60,914 bases of DNA, taken from assembly GCA_043719675.1 (NCBI GenBank), contig JAYSTO010000016.1, forward strand, positions 1-60,914, written 5' to 3'. The DNA is from Gammaproteobacteria bacterium (GTDB lineage Bacteria > Pseudomonadota > Gammaproteobacteria > UBA6429 > Thiohalophilaceae). Both the position numbers and the translations under genes were made by a program. Shown one piece after another: positions 1-8,978 of this stretch. The notes below the pieces were generated by a model. That model did not search any database and was not told where the DNA came from. It saw only the letters and a list, made by a program, of their open reading frames with translations. Within the stretch, counting starts at the first letter, position 1. Each line of letters opens with the position of its first letter.

Positions 1-912
1 CGGAATCGGGCGGTGAGTGCTGTGAGAAACTTCCGGGTCCAGATATTCCTTGCCTACCATCTTCTGCAGTTCAGGGAACCACTTGGACTCGTACTCTTCA
101 CCATAGGCGTTCTGGGTATACGTCTTCAGGTGCAGGAAGTATGCGCCGACCGGGCCGTAACCATCTTTGAAGCGAGCCAGTACGATACGGTTTTCCATTT
201 GTGTCATTTTCGCGCCTGCACCGATCATCAGACCGTAAGCAGAACCCGATGACCATGGCGCGTACCAAACACGACCTGCACCTTCACCCACTGAACGCGG
301 TTTAAAGATGTTAGAAGCACCACCAGCACCACAGATAACGGTCTTGGCCTTGAATACGTGGTAGTTACCAGTACGCACGTTGAAACCAACTGCACCGGCA
401 ACTCGGTTTTCTTTGGATTCGTCCATTAATAGATGAGTGACACAGACACGGTTGAATACTTTGTCTGCCGACTTCTTGGCGGCTTCAGCAACAATTGGCT
501 TGTAAGATTCACCGTGAATCATGATCTGCCAGCGACCTTCACGCAGGTATGCGCCGGTCTTGGTGTTGCGCATGATAGGCAGGCCCCACTCTTCGAACTG
601 GTGTACAGCGGAGTCAACGTGACGCGCCATATCGAATGCCAGGTCTTCACGCACCATACCCATCAGGTCGATACGTGCATAGCGCACGTGATCTTCCGGC
701 TTGTTCTCACCGAAACGGGTACCCATGTAGCAGTTAATCGCATACAAACCCTGGGCTACCGCTCCAGAACGATCGATATTGGCTTTTTCTGCAATGACGA
801 TTTTTTTGTTCTTGCCCCAATACCTGGCTTCGAACGCAGCACCAGTACCACCCAGGCCCGCGCCTGCGACCAGAATGTCGATATTGTCTTCAATAATTGT
901 TTTGTAGCCCAT
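1..912 (-). CDS. aprA: adenylylsulfate (APS) reductase alpha subunit, N-terminal ~304 aa; gene continues past the left window edge
   Basis: Absent from the ORF track because it is open at the edge. The reverse complement from the ATG at 912-910 reads MGYKTIIEDNIDILVAGAGLGGTGAAFEARYW... (FAD GxGxxG fold) and appears open to nt 1. The ATG overlaps the aprB stop (TAATG). The + strand ORFs 13-252 and 433-915 are its antisense shadow. Confidence 0.9.
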   Translation of the reverse strand, partial: MGYKTIIEDNIDILVAGAGLGGTGAAFEARYWGKNKKIVIAEKANIDRSGAVAQGLYAINCYMGTRFGENKPEDHVRYARIDLMGMVREDLAFDMARHVDSAVHQFEEWGLPIMRNTKTGAYLREGRWQIMIHGESYKPIVAEAAKKSADKVFNRVCVTHLLMDESKENRVAGAVGFNVRTGNYHVFKAKTVICGAGGASNIFKPRSVGEGAGRVWYAPWSSGSAYGLMIGAGAKMTQMENRIVLARFKDGYGPVGAYFLHLKTYTQNAYGEEYESKWFPELQKMVGKEYLDPEVSHSTHRPIP

Positions 913-1394
913 TAGTAGTACACCCCTGCTTTAAGTTTTAAGCCATTTGATTCCAGCGTATTTAAACCACCTGCATCCATACGGACATATTTAGGTTCGT
1001 TAAATAATAGTTCGCTGTTGACCATGTCTTTGCTTGGCGTTGCTGCTTCAGATAGCTTAGGAATTGCTGTGCCCCAAGGCTTGGTCGTGATTGGCGCTAA
1101 TAACTCCATGTCTTTTTTGCCGTTGCGGAACTTGATGCGCCAGGCAATCGTGCCTTTTTCTTCGTCACGGTGCACGCGCACTGAGTGACCCAGTGGAGCA
1201 AAGTCTGCATAACCGCGCACGTCAATGGCGTGGTGTGGGCAGGCCTTTACGCAGGAATAACATTCCCAACACATGTTGGGTTCAATGTTGTAAGCACGAC
1301 GAAGTGATTTATCGATGTGCATGATGTCAGATGGGCAGATATCAACGCATTGCCCACAACCATCACAACGAGTCATATATACGAAAGTTGGCAT
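912..1394 (-). CDS. aprB: adenylylsulfate reductase beta subunit (2x[4Fe-4S] ferredoxin-like)
   Basis: 160-aa ORF with two ferredoxin-type Cys clusters (CDGCGQCVDICP and CWECYSCVKACP) and a long AprB-type C-terminal tail. Its stop overlaps the aprA start. Confidence 0.92.
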   Translation of the reverse strand: MPTFVYMTRCDGCGQCVDICPSDIMHIDKSLRRAYNIEPNMCWECYSCVKACPHHAIDVRGYADFAPLGHSVRVHRDEEKGTIAWRIKFRNGKKDMELLAPITTKPWGTAIPKLSEAATPSKDMVNSELLFNEPKYVRMDAGGLNTLESNGLKLKAGVYY

Positions 1395-1432
1395 AATATT
1401 CTCTCTTTACTAAAGTAATTGTTAAATGAATG

Positions 1433-2284
1433 TTAGTAGTGGTCTGCTGACTCACGCTTGATACCATGTCCCATATAGGCTGGGTTCTTGCCCATGTATT
1501 CCGGGATATCCGGAAACAATTTCTGTACTTCAGGATCCGTCAAATCATACTCTTTAGGCAAATTCTCTCTTGAGCCATCAGCTCGAGTAACACGCTTCTG
1601 AAATGCGGCGGCTGGCTTAAAGAACATATGCGCGAATTTCGACCACAGTACGCTGCCAAAAAGTGTCGTGCTTGAAGCGATGAACAAAACGAAAAACAGC
1701 GTTGTCCATCCGGCAATACCGTTCGACTGTGTATAGGACCAGAGTAAACCAAAAGTCGAGGTGGTGAGCAGTGAGATAATAAACAGATCCGCTCGTTCGA
1801 AGCGATACCACGAAAGGCCTTCCGCAGACACATCAACCCGGATAAAAAACCAGAACCAATATCCACCAACAGCCAACATCAGTGCGCCGACATGCCACAG
1901 TTGCGGCAGGATGGCAGGTGTCGGTGTCGCTGGTGTTGGATAGCCAAAAATCATAATGGCGGTAGTAGCCACGAATATAACGAAACCATACATGGTCAAA
2001 AGATGGGAAAGTCTGCGTCTTGTATTGCAGAATTCACCAGAGATTAACACTTCTTTCGCTAGTACTTGAATCGCAATCGATGCTTTTTCTCCCGCACCTA
2101 CTGACCGTTTTGCGCTCTTCTTCGCTTTTTTAGCGTTTTCGAAAAAGTACTGCGCACTTTTCTTATGAACCATGTCAAGTACGGTACCGACTATGACCAT
2201 CAGAACCATCAAGATAATGTACCCTTGCATTACGACGGCGGGTATAGACGCCGAAAGTTCGGAAAAGGGATTGCTCGTGAACAT
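1433..2284 (-). CDS. aprM: APS reductase membrane anchor AprM-like polytopic protein
   Basis: 283-aa ORF 38 nt upstream of aprB on the same strand. It has about five hydrophobic helices and a charged C-terminal tail. Position and topology match the aprM-aprB-aprA arrangement of sulfur oxidisers. Confidence 0.7.
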   Translation of the reverse strand: MFTSNPFSELSASIPAVVMQGYIILMVLMVIVGTVLDMVHKKSAQYFFENAKKAKKSAKRSVGAGEKASIAIQVLAKEVLISGEFCNTRRRLSHLLTMYGFVIFVATTAIMIFGYPTPATPTPAILPQLWHVGALMLAVGGYWFWFFIRVDVSAEGLSWYRFERADLFIISLLTTSTFGLLWSYTQSNGIAGWTTLFFVLFIASSTTLFGSVLWSKFAHMFFKPAAAFQKRVTRADGSRENLPKEYDLTDPEVQKLFPDIPEYMGKNPAYMGHGIKRESADHY

Positions 2285-2876
2285 TAGGTTATCCTCAAAT
2301 TGTTATTGGTAAAAATATACTCGTTTGTGCGAACTAAGCTATCGATCGACGGTATGGCACCTCGAGAGTTACCTCTTGAACAGACAGTCGAACGAGACAT
2401 TTCAATTAACGGACATCATGCGATGCTTAGTGTAACACACGCTAGCATATTCATGTTGTGGTGTCCCTTACGAATTGTAGATACTTTTCCCAATCTTCTT
2501 ACAACAGAAAAAAGTTATACCTTTATCAGTAAATACTTTTTTAATGCTTTCTAATATGCATTCATCCCTAGACCAAAATGCATTCGTCGAGGTAAATTCT
2601 GACAAAACGATTTTTTGAAGCAAAAGAACTGTCCAGGCCTTCAATCAAAAGGAATTCCCTTTATACTCAAAAGCCTGCCCCATTTGAGCCTCGTTCAATT
2701 TCATTGGCTCTGTAGTTTTGGTGGCGCTGCCGATCGGCAATGTGGAAATAAAAGTTCTATTAGTTTTTCTTATTTACATATAGCAATTGAGGTGTGCCGC
2801 GCCATTTTTTTGCGTGGGCTGGAGTGATTTGTCAGGTAATCTTTGCGCCAGAACGACTCCCCCATAATAAATATTG

Positions 2877-2913
2877 CAACAAGCCCCCACTGTGTGACTT
2901 CAACCAGCCCCCA
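2877..2913. repeat. 13-nt direct repeat CAACAAGCCCCCA / CAACCAGCCCCCA, start-to-start spacing 24 nt
   Basis: Read directly from the sequence: 2877-2889 and 2901-2913, one mismatch. It lies inside the ~950-nt AT-rich non-coding region upstream of aprM. Confidence 0.6.
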
Positions 2914-3229
2914 TTCAGTTTCATTTTTCGCAGTCATATTCAAATTCGGGAAACCCAAAGGCTTTCCGGAAGCACTCAGATAACATCACAAGCTCCCGTG
3001 GGCTGCGGAGGGTAAGGTGCTCTTGAATTCAGGCAGAATTCTGTCTATATCGAACCTGTTATTGTTGGATTTTGCCATATAAACATAACCTCGACATGGG
3101 TTTTGTATAATAATCGGTTTGTGATGAGTAATTACAACATTTATCCAGCCAGATAGCTGGTCACACTAATAACCACACCGCCGACACACACCTAAAAAAC
3201 ATCATTATTTAAGATATAAATCTTGATTT

Positions 3230-3706
3230 TCATATCCACCGCCGCACACGAGCAACGTATACAAGGTACTCGTCTCCAAATCTTTCCGCGAGGTATCGCT
3301 CTTCGGGAATAATCAGCGCCCGGTGTACTAAGCCAATCACGGGACCTGTGAGTATGATCCACCATGGCATGTTGAATGCGACCCCAAACCCCGCAAGCGT
3401 AATAACCAGTCCGAGATATAGCGGGTTCCGTGTATAGTTGAAGATGCCATGCTGGACCAGGGCCGTGGTGGGTTTGCCAGGGGCAGAAGGTTGTTTAGCT
3501 CTGGCGAATTGAACCTTGGTGAGCACTATGATGAGGATGCCTATCGAAGCAACAAAACCACCGAAAAACACGCGAACATTCGCCAGGACAATGTTTTCAA
3601 GCGACAGTGGAAAAATATAATCAAGCGCAACGCCGATGAGCAACGCGCCGCCGAATACGACATCCGATGTTTTCCAAAAACGGGTATGGGCAACTTCTAT
3701 GTTCAT
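3230..3706 (-). CDS. ICMT/PEMT-family membrane methyltransferase
   Basis: 158 aa and polytopic. The C-terminal segment FNYTRNPLYLGL...IIPEERYLAERFGDEY is typical of isoprenylcysteine carboxyl / phospholipid methyltransferase-type proteins. Confidence 0.7.
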   Translation of the reverse strand: MNIEVAHTRFWKTSDVVFGGALLIGVALDYIFPLSLENIVLANVRVFFGGFVASIGILIIVLTKVQFARAKQPSAPGKPTTALVQHGIFNYTRNPLYLGLVITLAGFGVAFNMPWWIILTGPVIGLVHRALIIPEERYLAERFGDEYLVYVARVRRWI

Positions 3707-3936
3707 GACGCTTATCCACTGCTGTCCCGATGGTGCTGTAGGGAAATCCGCTTTGTAACCTTAGTATCACCGTGCGCATTGGACAAATACAAATTAGCTT
3801 ATCTGTTTATACAAAAGCCAGTAAAAACCGCATTTTTTCCCTGTTCCGTGCGGTAAGGCACTGAGAATTTAGTGTGGAACCGTCATAAAGCTATACTTAA
3901 TAAATTCTACAACATGCCATACACGCAGAGGTAAAT

Positions 3937-4713
3937 ATGACTTTTTATCGCCAACTACGCCTTGGATTAATGGGTTTCCTCGGTCTTGCCGTGCTCGGCG
4001 CATGCAGTACTGCACCGGTTACCGGGCGGCAACAGCTGATGTTAATTTCCGAGTCTCAATCGCAAGAGATGGGTGCCCAAGCCTATAAAGAGGCTATCGC
4101 TAAAGCCAAATTAAGCCACGACCCTAAGTATCTTGATCAGGTACGCCGGGTTGGTACGCGTATTGCGCAGGCGGCGCAGAAATCTGATTACCAATGGGAG
4201 TTTAATGTCATCGACGAACCCAAGACGATTAACGCGTGGGCACTACCGGGCGGAAAAGTGGCGGTCTACACCGGCCTGCTGAATCTGGGTGTGAGCGACG
4301 CTGAACTCGCGGCGGTGATGGGACACGAAGTTGCGCACGCCTTGGCACAACATGGCCGTGAACGGATGTCGCAGGCGTTGGCGCAACAAATTGGTTTAGA
4401 GGCATTGGGCAGCGGTAAGTTGAGTTCGGGCGGACTGCAAGCCGTGAATCTTGCGTTGGGTATTGGCGTGGGTTTGCCGTTTGGACGTAAACAAGAATCG
4501 GAGGCCGATCTTATCGGTCTGGAGCTGATGGCCAAAGCGGGTTACGATCCGCGAGCGGCGGTAAGCTTTTGGCAGAAAATGGAAAATACAGGCGGTGGCA
4601 AACCACCGGAGTTTCTCTCCACGCATCCGTCAAGCGAACACCGCATACGCGATATCGAAGCGGCGCTGCCCAGGTTCATACCGACCTATGAGGCTAACCG
4701 GAACAAGGGTTAA
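3937..4713 (+). CDS. M48-family zinc metalloprotease lipoprotein (YcaL/LoiP-like)
   Basis: 258 aa with signal peptide and lipobox LGAC, the HExxH motif GHEVAHAL, and a downstream ESEAD segment. Confidence 0.85.
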   Translation: MTFYRQLRLGLMGFLGLAVLGACSTAPVTGRQQLMLISESQSQEMGAQAYKEAIAKAKLSHDPKYLDQVRRVGTRIAQAAQKSDYQWEFNVIDEPKTINAWALPGGKVAVYTGLLNLGVSDAELAAVMGHEVAHALAQHGRERMSQALAQQIGLEALGSGKLSSGGLQAVNLALGIGVGLPFGRKQESEADLIGLELMAKAGYDPRAAVSFWQKMENTGGGKPPEFLSTHPSSEHRIRDIEAALPRFIPTYEANRNKG

Positions 4714-4870
4714 CAGAACGACTCAGATTCGCTCACGCTCAAAAGCGGATGACTCCGGTTAATTCCCGGTAACAATTCATGTTACGCGACGGGTCGGCTG
4801 CGTTGCGCTTTAACGCGTCGCATTCGACTAAATATCTGACGCCATAATCATAGAATGTTACGATGCCCGA

Positions 4871-5509
4871 ATGGCCGTGCACGAATATACCGAATACACC
4901 AAATTCCTGATCGGTTTGCTGGCAATCGTCAACCCACTGGGCGCGGTACCGATTTTCGTGGCGTTGACTTCCGGCACGACGGATGCCGAACGCAAAAAGA
5001 TCATCAAGATTGTCGTAATCGCAGTGCTGACGATTTTGTACGTGGCATTGTTATTCGGCGATTGGCTGCTGAGTTTCTTTGGCATCACCATCCATTCCTT
5101 CAGCGTGGGTGGCGGCATTCTGATATTGATCATGGCGATCTCCATGCTGCAAGCGCGCATCAGTCCCGTCACGCAAACGGCGGATGAAGCGCGTGAAGGT
5201 GAAGCAAAAGAATCGGTGGCGGTAGTACCGCTGGCCATGCCGCTGCTTGCGGGGCCGGGTGCGATCAGCACCGTCATCTTATACGCGCACAAAGATCCAG
5301 GGGTGACTCACTACCTGGCCATGGGTTTGGATATTTTAATTTTGGGCGGGATGTTGTGGGTGGTGTTTCAATTGGTGCCGTGGATCTCGCGTCACATCAG
5401 CCAGACCGGTATCAATATTTTCACGCGTATCATGGGGTTGATCCTCGCCGCTATCGCGGTCGAGTTTATCACTACCGGCCTGAAAGGTTTATTTCCTGCG
5501 TTGAGTTAG
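4871..5509 (+). CDS. MarC-family (UPF0056) integral membrane protein
   Basis: 212 aa. N-terminal FLIGLLAIVNPLGAVPIF is the MarC-family signature, and the protein has about six TM helices. Confidence 0.85.
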   Translation: MAVHEYTEYTKFLIGLLAIVNPLGAVPIFVALTSGTTDAERKKIIKIVVIAVLTILYVALLFGDWLLSFFGITIHSFSVGGGILILIMAISMLQARISPVTQTADEAREGEAKESVAVVPLAMPLLAGPGAISTVILYAHKDPGVTHYLAMGLDILILGGMLWVVFQLVPWISRHISQTGINIFTRIMGLILAAIAVEFITTGLKGLFPALS

Positions 5510-5524
5510 AGATCGCACTGAGTT

Positions 5525-6214
5525 CTAAGCAGTCACCCCAAACAAAGCCCCAACGCCCGCTGTCAGGGCCATTGCCAACGCGCCCCAAAAGGTTACGCGT
5601 ACGGCGGCGGTCATCACAGCAGCGCCACCGGCACGTGCCGCCAGCGATCCTAACAACGCAAGAAACAACAGTGCACTACACGAAACAACCCACATGAGCA
5701 CCGACATCGGTACCAAAAACACTATCACGAGCGGCAAGGCAGCACCCACTGCAAATGTGCCCGCTGACGCTAAAGCCGCTTGAACTGGTCGTGCGGTTAA
5801 TGTTTCGGATATTCCCAGCTCATCACGTGCATGTGCGCCGAGTGCATCGTGCGCCATCAGCTGGGTAGCAACCTTAGCCGCCAGGGCTAGATCAAGTCCA
5901 CGTTTAGCATAAATTGCCGTCAGTTCCGCATGTTCGTGCACGGGATCGGCGGCTAACTCCTTACGCTCCCGCTCCAAATCAGCATGCTCGGTATCAGCCT
6001 GTGAACTCACGGAAACATATTCGCCAGCGGCCATCGACATAGCGCCCGCCACAAGACCGGCAACACCTGCGATCAAAATATTCTCTGTACTGGCACCTGC
6101 TGCCGCCACGCCTAAGACGAGGCTGGCCGTGGAAACAATACCGTCATTTGCGCCAAGTACTGCGGCTCGGAGCCATCCGGTGCGGTAAGTTCTGTGTCTT
6201 TCAACGTGTCGCAT
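5525..6214 (-). CDS. VIT1/CCC1-family iron/manganese transporter
   Basis: 229 aa. Has AVLGANDGIVSTASLVLGV near the N-terminus, a central acidic helix region (EHADLERERKELA) and C-terminal TM helices. Confidence 0.8.
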   Translation of the reverse strand: MRHVERHRTYRTGWLRAAVLGANDGIVSTASLVLGVAAAGASTENILIAGVAGLVAGAMSMAAGEYVSVSSQADTEHADLERERKELAADPVHEHAELTAIYAKRGLDLALAAKVATQLMAHDALGAHARDELGISETLTARPVQAALASAGTFAVGAALPLVIVFLVPMSVLMWVVSCSALLFLALLGSLAARAGGAAVMTAAVRVTFWGALAMALTAGVGALFGVTA

Positions 6215-6296
6215 AAGATCTATTCTTGTTTAGGGAAGGCATTGTGAAAATAGTATTTGTGAAGCGACGGCGGAAAGTGCTGTGCTGATATTTCTG

Positions 6297-6854
6297 TTAA
6301 CGTGCAATGGTGCGTTTAACGTGGATATTAACAACAGCGGTGGATTGGATCACTTGGTCGTTTTGATCGACGATACGCGCTTGCAGGGTGTGGCTGCCCC
6401 GTTCCAGATTTTTATAGGTATATTGAGTGTCTTCACTATCCGTCGCTGTACCGTCAAATAAAAATTGCAAGCTATGCCCCGAGTGTAATCCGGGCTGAAT
6501 GGTTAACTGCACGGTAACTTCACTGACATCGACCTGAAGGGTGGTATCGTTGGCGGGCGCAGTGATTTGAAAAGTTGAATAGGAACCCGTGTCCTTCTTT
6601 TTTCGTTCTGGCGTAGCAGGGGTAAATTGCGGCACGGGTTCTGATTGATAGGTTGAACCGGGCGATACGGGGATTTCTTTGGCATCTTTGCTGGGTTGAT
6701 CGGAAAAGATCACTTCGCCGCTGGGGCTGCGGGTCTTATAGACCTTTTTACCGGTATCACCGCTTGTTACGGGTTTTTCCTCTGCCTGCAGGCATAGACT
6801 CAGACATATCAACAACATGACAAGACTGGTGCGAAAAGGAATTTGTCGGTTCAT
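6297..6854 (-). CDS. secreted DUF4124-like protein
   Basis: 185 aa with a signal peptide. The VYKTRSPSGEVIFSDQP segment resembles the DUF4124 N-terminal motif. It lies 95 nt downstream of mshN on the same strand. Confidence 0.5.
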   Translation of the reverse strand: MNRQIPFRTSLVMLLICLSLCLQAEEKPVTSGDTGKKVYKTRSPSGEVIFSDQPSKDAKEIPVSPGSTYQSEPVPQFTPATPERKKKDTGSYSTFQITAPANDTTLQVDVSEVTVQLTIQPGLHSGHSLQFLFDGTATDSEDTQYTYKNLERGSHTLQARIVDQNDQVIQSTAVVNIHVKRTIAR

Positions 6855-6949
6855 CGTTTAATGATTGTGCCTAGAAAACACCAATGAAGTCAATCGAAAG
6901 CGACGGGGACTTTTTGTCCCACCGGTTATACTATTACTCCACGTGCATC

Positions 6950-8053
6950 TTATTCATTGCTCAGGCGCAGATCTTTTAATACTTGAATTCGATTATCCGT
7001 AAACCGTGCGACATCACCGACCAAGCTGCCGGTGGCACGCGCCTGGTTATACGCGGCCTGGGCCTCGGCTTGTTTTCCCAGTGCATCCAGCGAAATGGCC
7101 AGGCCCACCCACCACACCCCGGCATTGGGCTGCACTTTTAATACCTCGGTGTAAGTTTTGACGGCGGCCTGATGGTTGTGTTGCCGTTGATACAATGCCG
7201 CGAGTAAGGCGTGGTGTTCGGGATCACTACTGACCACCGGTGCGAATTTTATCAACACATCCACCGCACGTTGATCCTGATTGAGCTGCATGAGTGTTCG
7301 TGCCTGCAACTTGATGAAGGGCGTGTGATCCGGTGTGACTTGCAAGCCGATGGCCAGTACTTCACTGGCCTCCACCCAGCGGCCACCCTTTATATATAGG
7401 CCAGTCAGCAACTCCCGTAATGTAGTGAGCGTGGGATCACCGATTAAGGCATTACGTAATAGCGTTTCCGCTTCCCGTAACCGGTTTTGACTGACCAAGT
7501 CATAGGCGGATTGATAAGCAATAGCGGCGGATTGTGCAGGCGCAAGTGGCACCGCTTGTTTACTCACGGTGTTGGTTACTGCGGATGTTATCACTTCGTC
7601 ATCAACCACCGGGGCCATGGTTTTTTTCTTTGTCTTGCTGCGGCGTGCTGCCTTGATTGGCTTTTCCTCAACCACAGGTATTGCTGCCGCTTGGGTATTT
7701 TCTGTAATCGGCGTTGAATCAATGATCGGTGTTGTCTGCTGTACCACCGGCGGTGTTACTGAAGATGTAACGGCGGTGATGATCGGTTGCGGTGTGACAA
7801 CGGTTACTGTCGGCGCCGTGGCAATAACGCCTTCTTTTGTTTGATCGCCATGCCGGTACCAGATGAAATAATAACTGGCTGTACTGATAAGCGTCACTGC
7901 CAATACCAGCAGACTAATCATGCCAACAGGTGAACGCTTGCGTACCGCACGCACCGGGACATAACGCACATTTTGCATGATCACCTGTGGTTCGGGTGTA
8001 TCACTTACCTGACGGTGCTCCAGATCTTTTAGCACTTGATTAATTAAGCTCAT
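6950..8053 (-). CDS. mshN: MSHA-type pilus biogenesis TPR protein MshN
   Basis: The ORF 6950-8143 was trimmed to the ATG at 8053 (MSLINQVLKDLEHRQ...). It has one TM helix, a Thr/Pro/Val-rich linker and C-terminal TPR repeats. It follows mshM as in MSHA loci. Confidence 0.75.
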   Translation of the reverse strand: MSLINQVLKDLEHRQVSDTPEPQVIMQNVRYVPVRAVRKRSPVGMISLLVLAVTLISTASYYFIWYRHGDQTKEGVIATAPTVTVVTPQPIITAVTSSVTPPVVQQTTPIIDSTPITENTQAAAIPVVEEKPIKAARRSKTKKKTMAPVVDDEVITSAVTNTVSKQAVPLAPAQSAAIAYQSAYDLVSQNRLREAETLLRNALIGDPTLTTLRELLTGLYIKGGRWVEASEVLAIGLQVTPDHTPFIKLQARTLMQLNQDQRAVDVLIKFAPVVSSDPEHHALLAALYQRQHNHQAAVKTYTEVLKVQPNAGVWWVGLAISLDALGKQAEAQAAYNQARATGSLVGDVARFTDNRIQVLKDLRLSNE

Positions 8054-8061
8054 ACTATTTC

Positions 8062-8970
8062 CTAGTGCCAGCCAAACACACTGAAGCTGGTTACGCCGAC
8101 AACCACGATCACGGTTGCAACCCGGCTGATCCAGCGTCGCCATAACGAATCAGCGGCCGTTGGCAGTTGCGCATCTTCGGTATCTTTAATGGCCATTTGT
8201 AACAAAGGCAACCTGATCTGACGCTGTCCCTGGCCATAGGCAAGCAACATCGACTTGTGACACAAAATATTGATCAAACGGGGAATGCCACGACTGGCCT
8301 TGTAAATCCGATCCAGCGCCTTGTCTTCGAACGGCATGATGCCCTGAAAGCCCGCAATACATAATCGATGAATGATATAGGCATCCATGCCCGCCCGATC
8401 AATCGGCTGCAATTCATAGGAAAAGGTAATGCGTTGTTTTAACTGCCGGACGCTGCGCCGGTTAAGTAACTCATTGAGTTCGGGTTGGCCGAATAACACC
8501 ACGTGTAATAATTTGAATTTCTCTGTTTCCAGATTGGTAAGCAGGCGCAATGATTCAATCGTTTCTTCCGGCATCGCCTGCGCTTCATCAATACACAACA
8601 CCACGCGTTTGCCTTGTTGTGCCAACTCGATCAGGCGATCACTGATGGCCTTTTGCAAACGGTGTACATAGCGACTGACCTTGATCCCCAGTTCTTCCGC
8701 CACCGCCATTTGTAAGCCGTAGGGAGTGAGTTGTGGGTTGTGAATATACACCACCGCAAATTTGTCACCCAGGGTTGCCATTAGCTTGCGGCACAACAGG
8801 GTCTTGCCGGTACCCACTTCACCGCTGACCTTGATAAACCCCTCGCCCGTGCGTAGCGCTATCAATAAGGTATTTAAGGCATCAGTGTAATGTCCATAGG
8901 AAAAAAAATAACTCGTGTCGGGCGACAAGGTAAACGGGATTTCTTTTAGCCCAAAATAATGTTTATACAT
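8062..8970 (-). CDS. mshM: MSHA biogenesis ATPase MshM (ExeA-like AAA+)
   Basis: 302 aa. N-terminus is MYKHYFGLKEIPFTLSPD, the Walker A motif is GEVGTGKT, and the Walker B region is VVLCIDEAQ. Confidence 0.85.
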   Translation of the reverse strand: MYKHYFGLKEIPFTLSPDTSYFFSYGHYTDALNTLLIALRTGEGFIKVSGEVGTGKTLLCRKLMATLGDKFAVVYIHNPQLTPYGLQMAVAEELGIKVSRYVHRLQKAISDRLIELAQQGKRVVLCIDEAQAMPEETIESLRLLTNLETEKFKLLHVVLFGQPELNELLNRRSVRQLKQRITFSYELQPIDRAGMDAYIIHRLCIAGFQGIMPFEDKALDRIYKASRGIPRLINILCHKSMLLAYGQGQRQIRLPLLQMAIKDTEDAQLPTAADSLWRRWISRVATVIVVVGVTSFSVFGWH

Positions 8971-8978
8971 GTTATGGC

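Noticed and set aside
13-915. Plus-strand ORFs 13-252 and 433-915
   Set aside because: They lie antisense to a continuous minus-strand reading frame that translates to a clear AprA N-terminus. They are shadow ORFs.
2770-3078. Chain of short minus-strand ORFs in different frames (3078->2986, then 2958->2770), possibly a decayed gene
   Set aside because: No recognisable protein motif, an AT-rich context, and frames broken within a few dozen codons. A pseudogene call cannot be supported without blastx.
8054-8143. N-terminal extensions of several track ORFs (mshN to 8143, mshI2 to 12445, mshI to 13451, glnA to 45415, YjgR-like from 49569, YcfJ-like from 18979, lipoprotein to 21571)
   Set aside because: The extensions overlap upstream genes or intergenic DNA, and some start at non-ATG codons. 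Internal ATGs give canonical N-termini (signal peptides, lipoboxes, family-typical starts) with better SD sequences.
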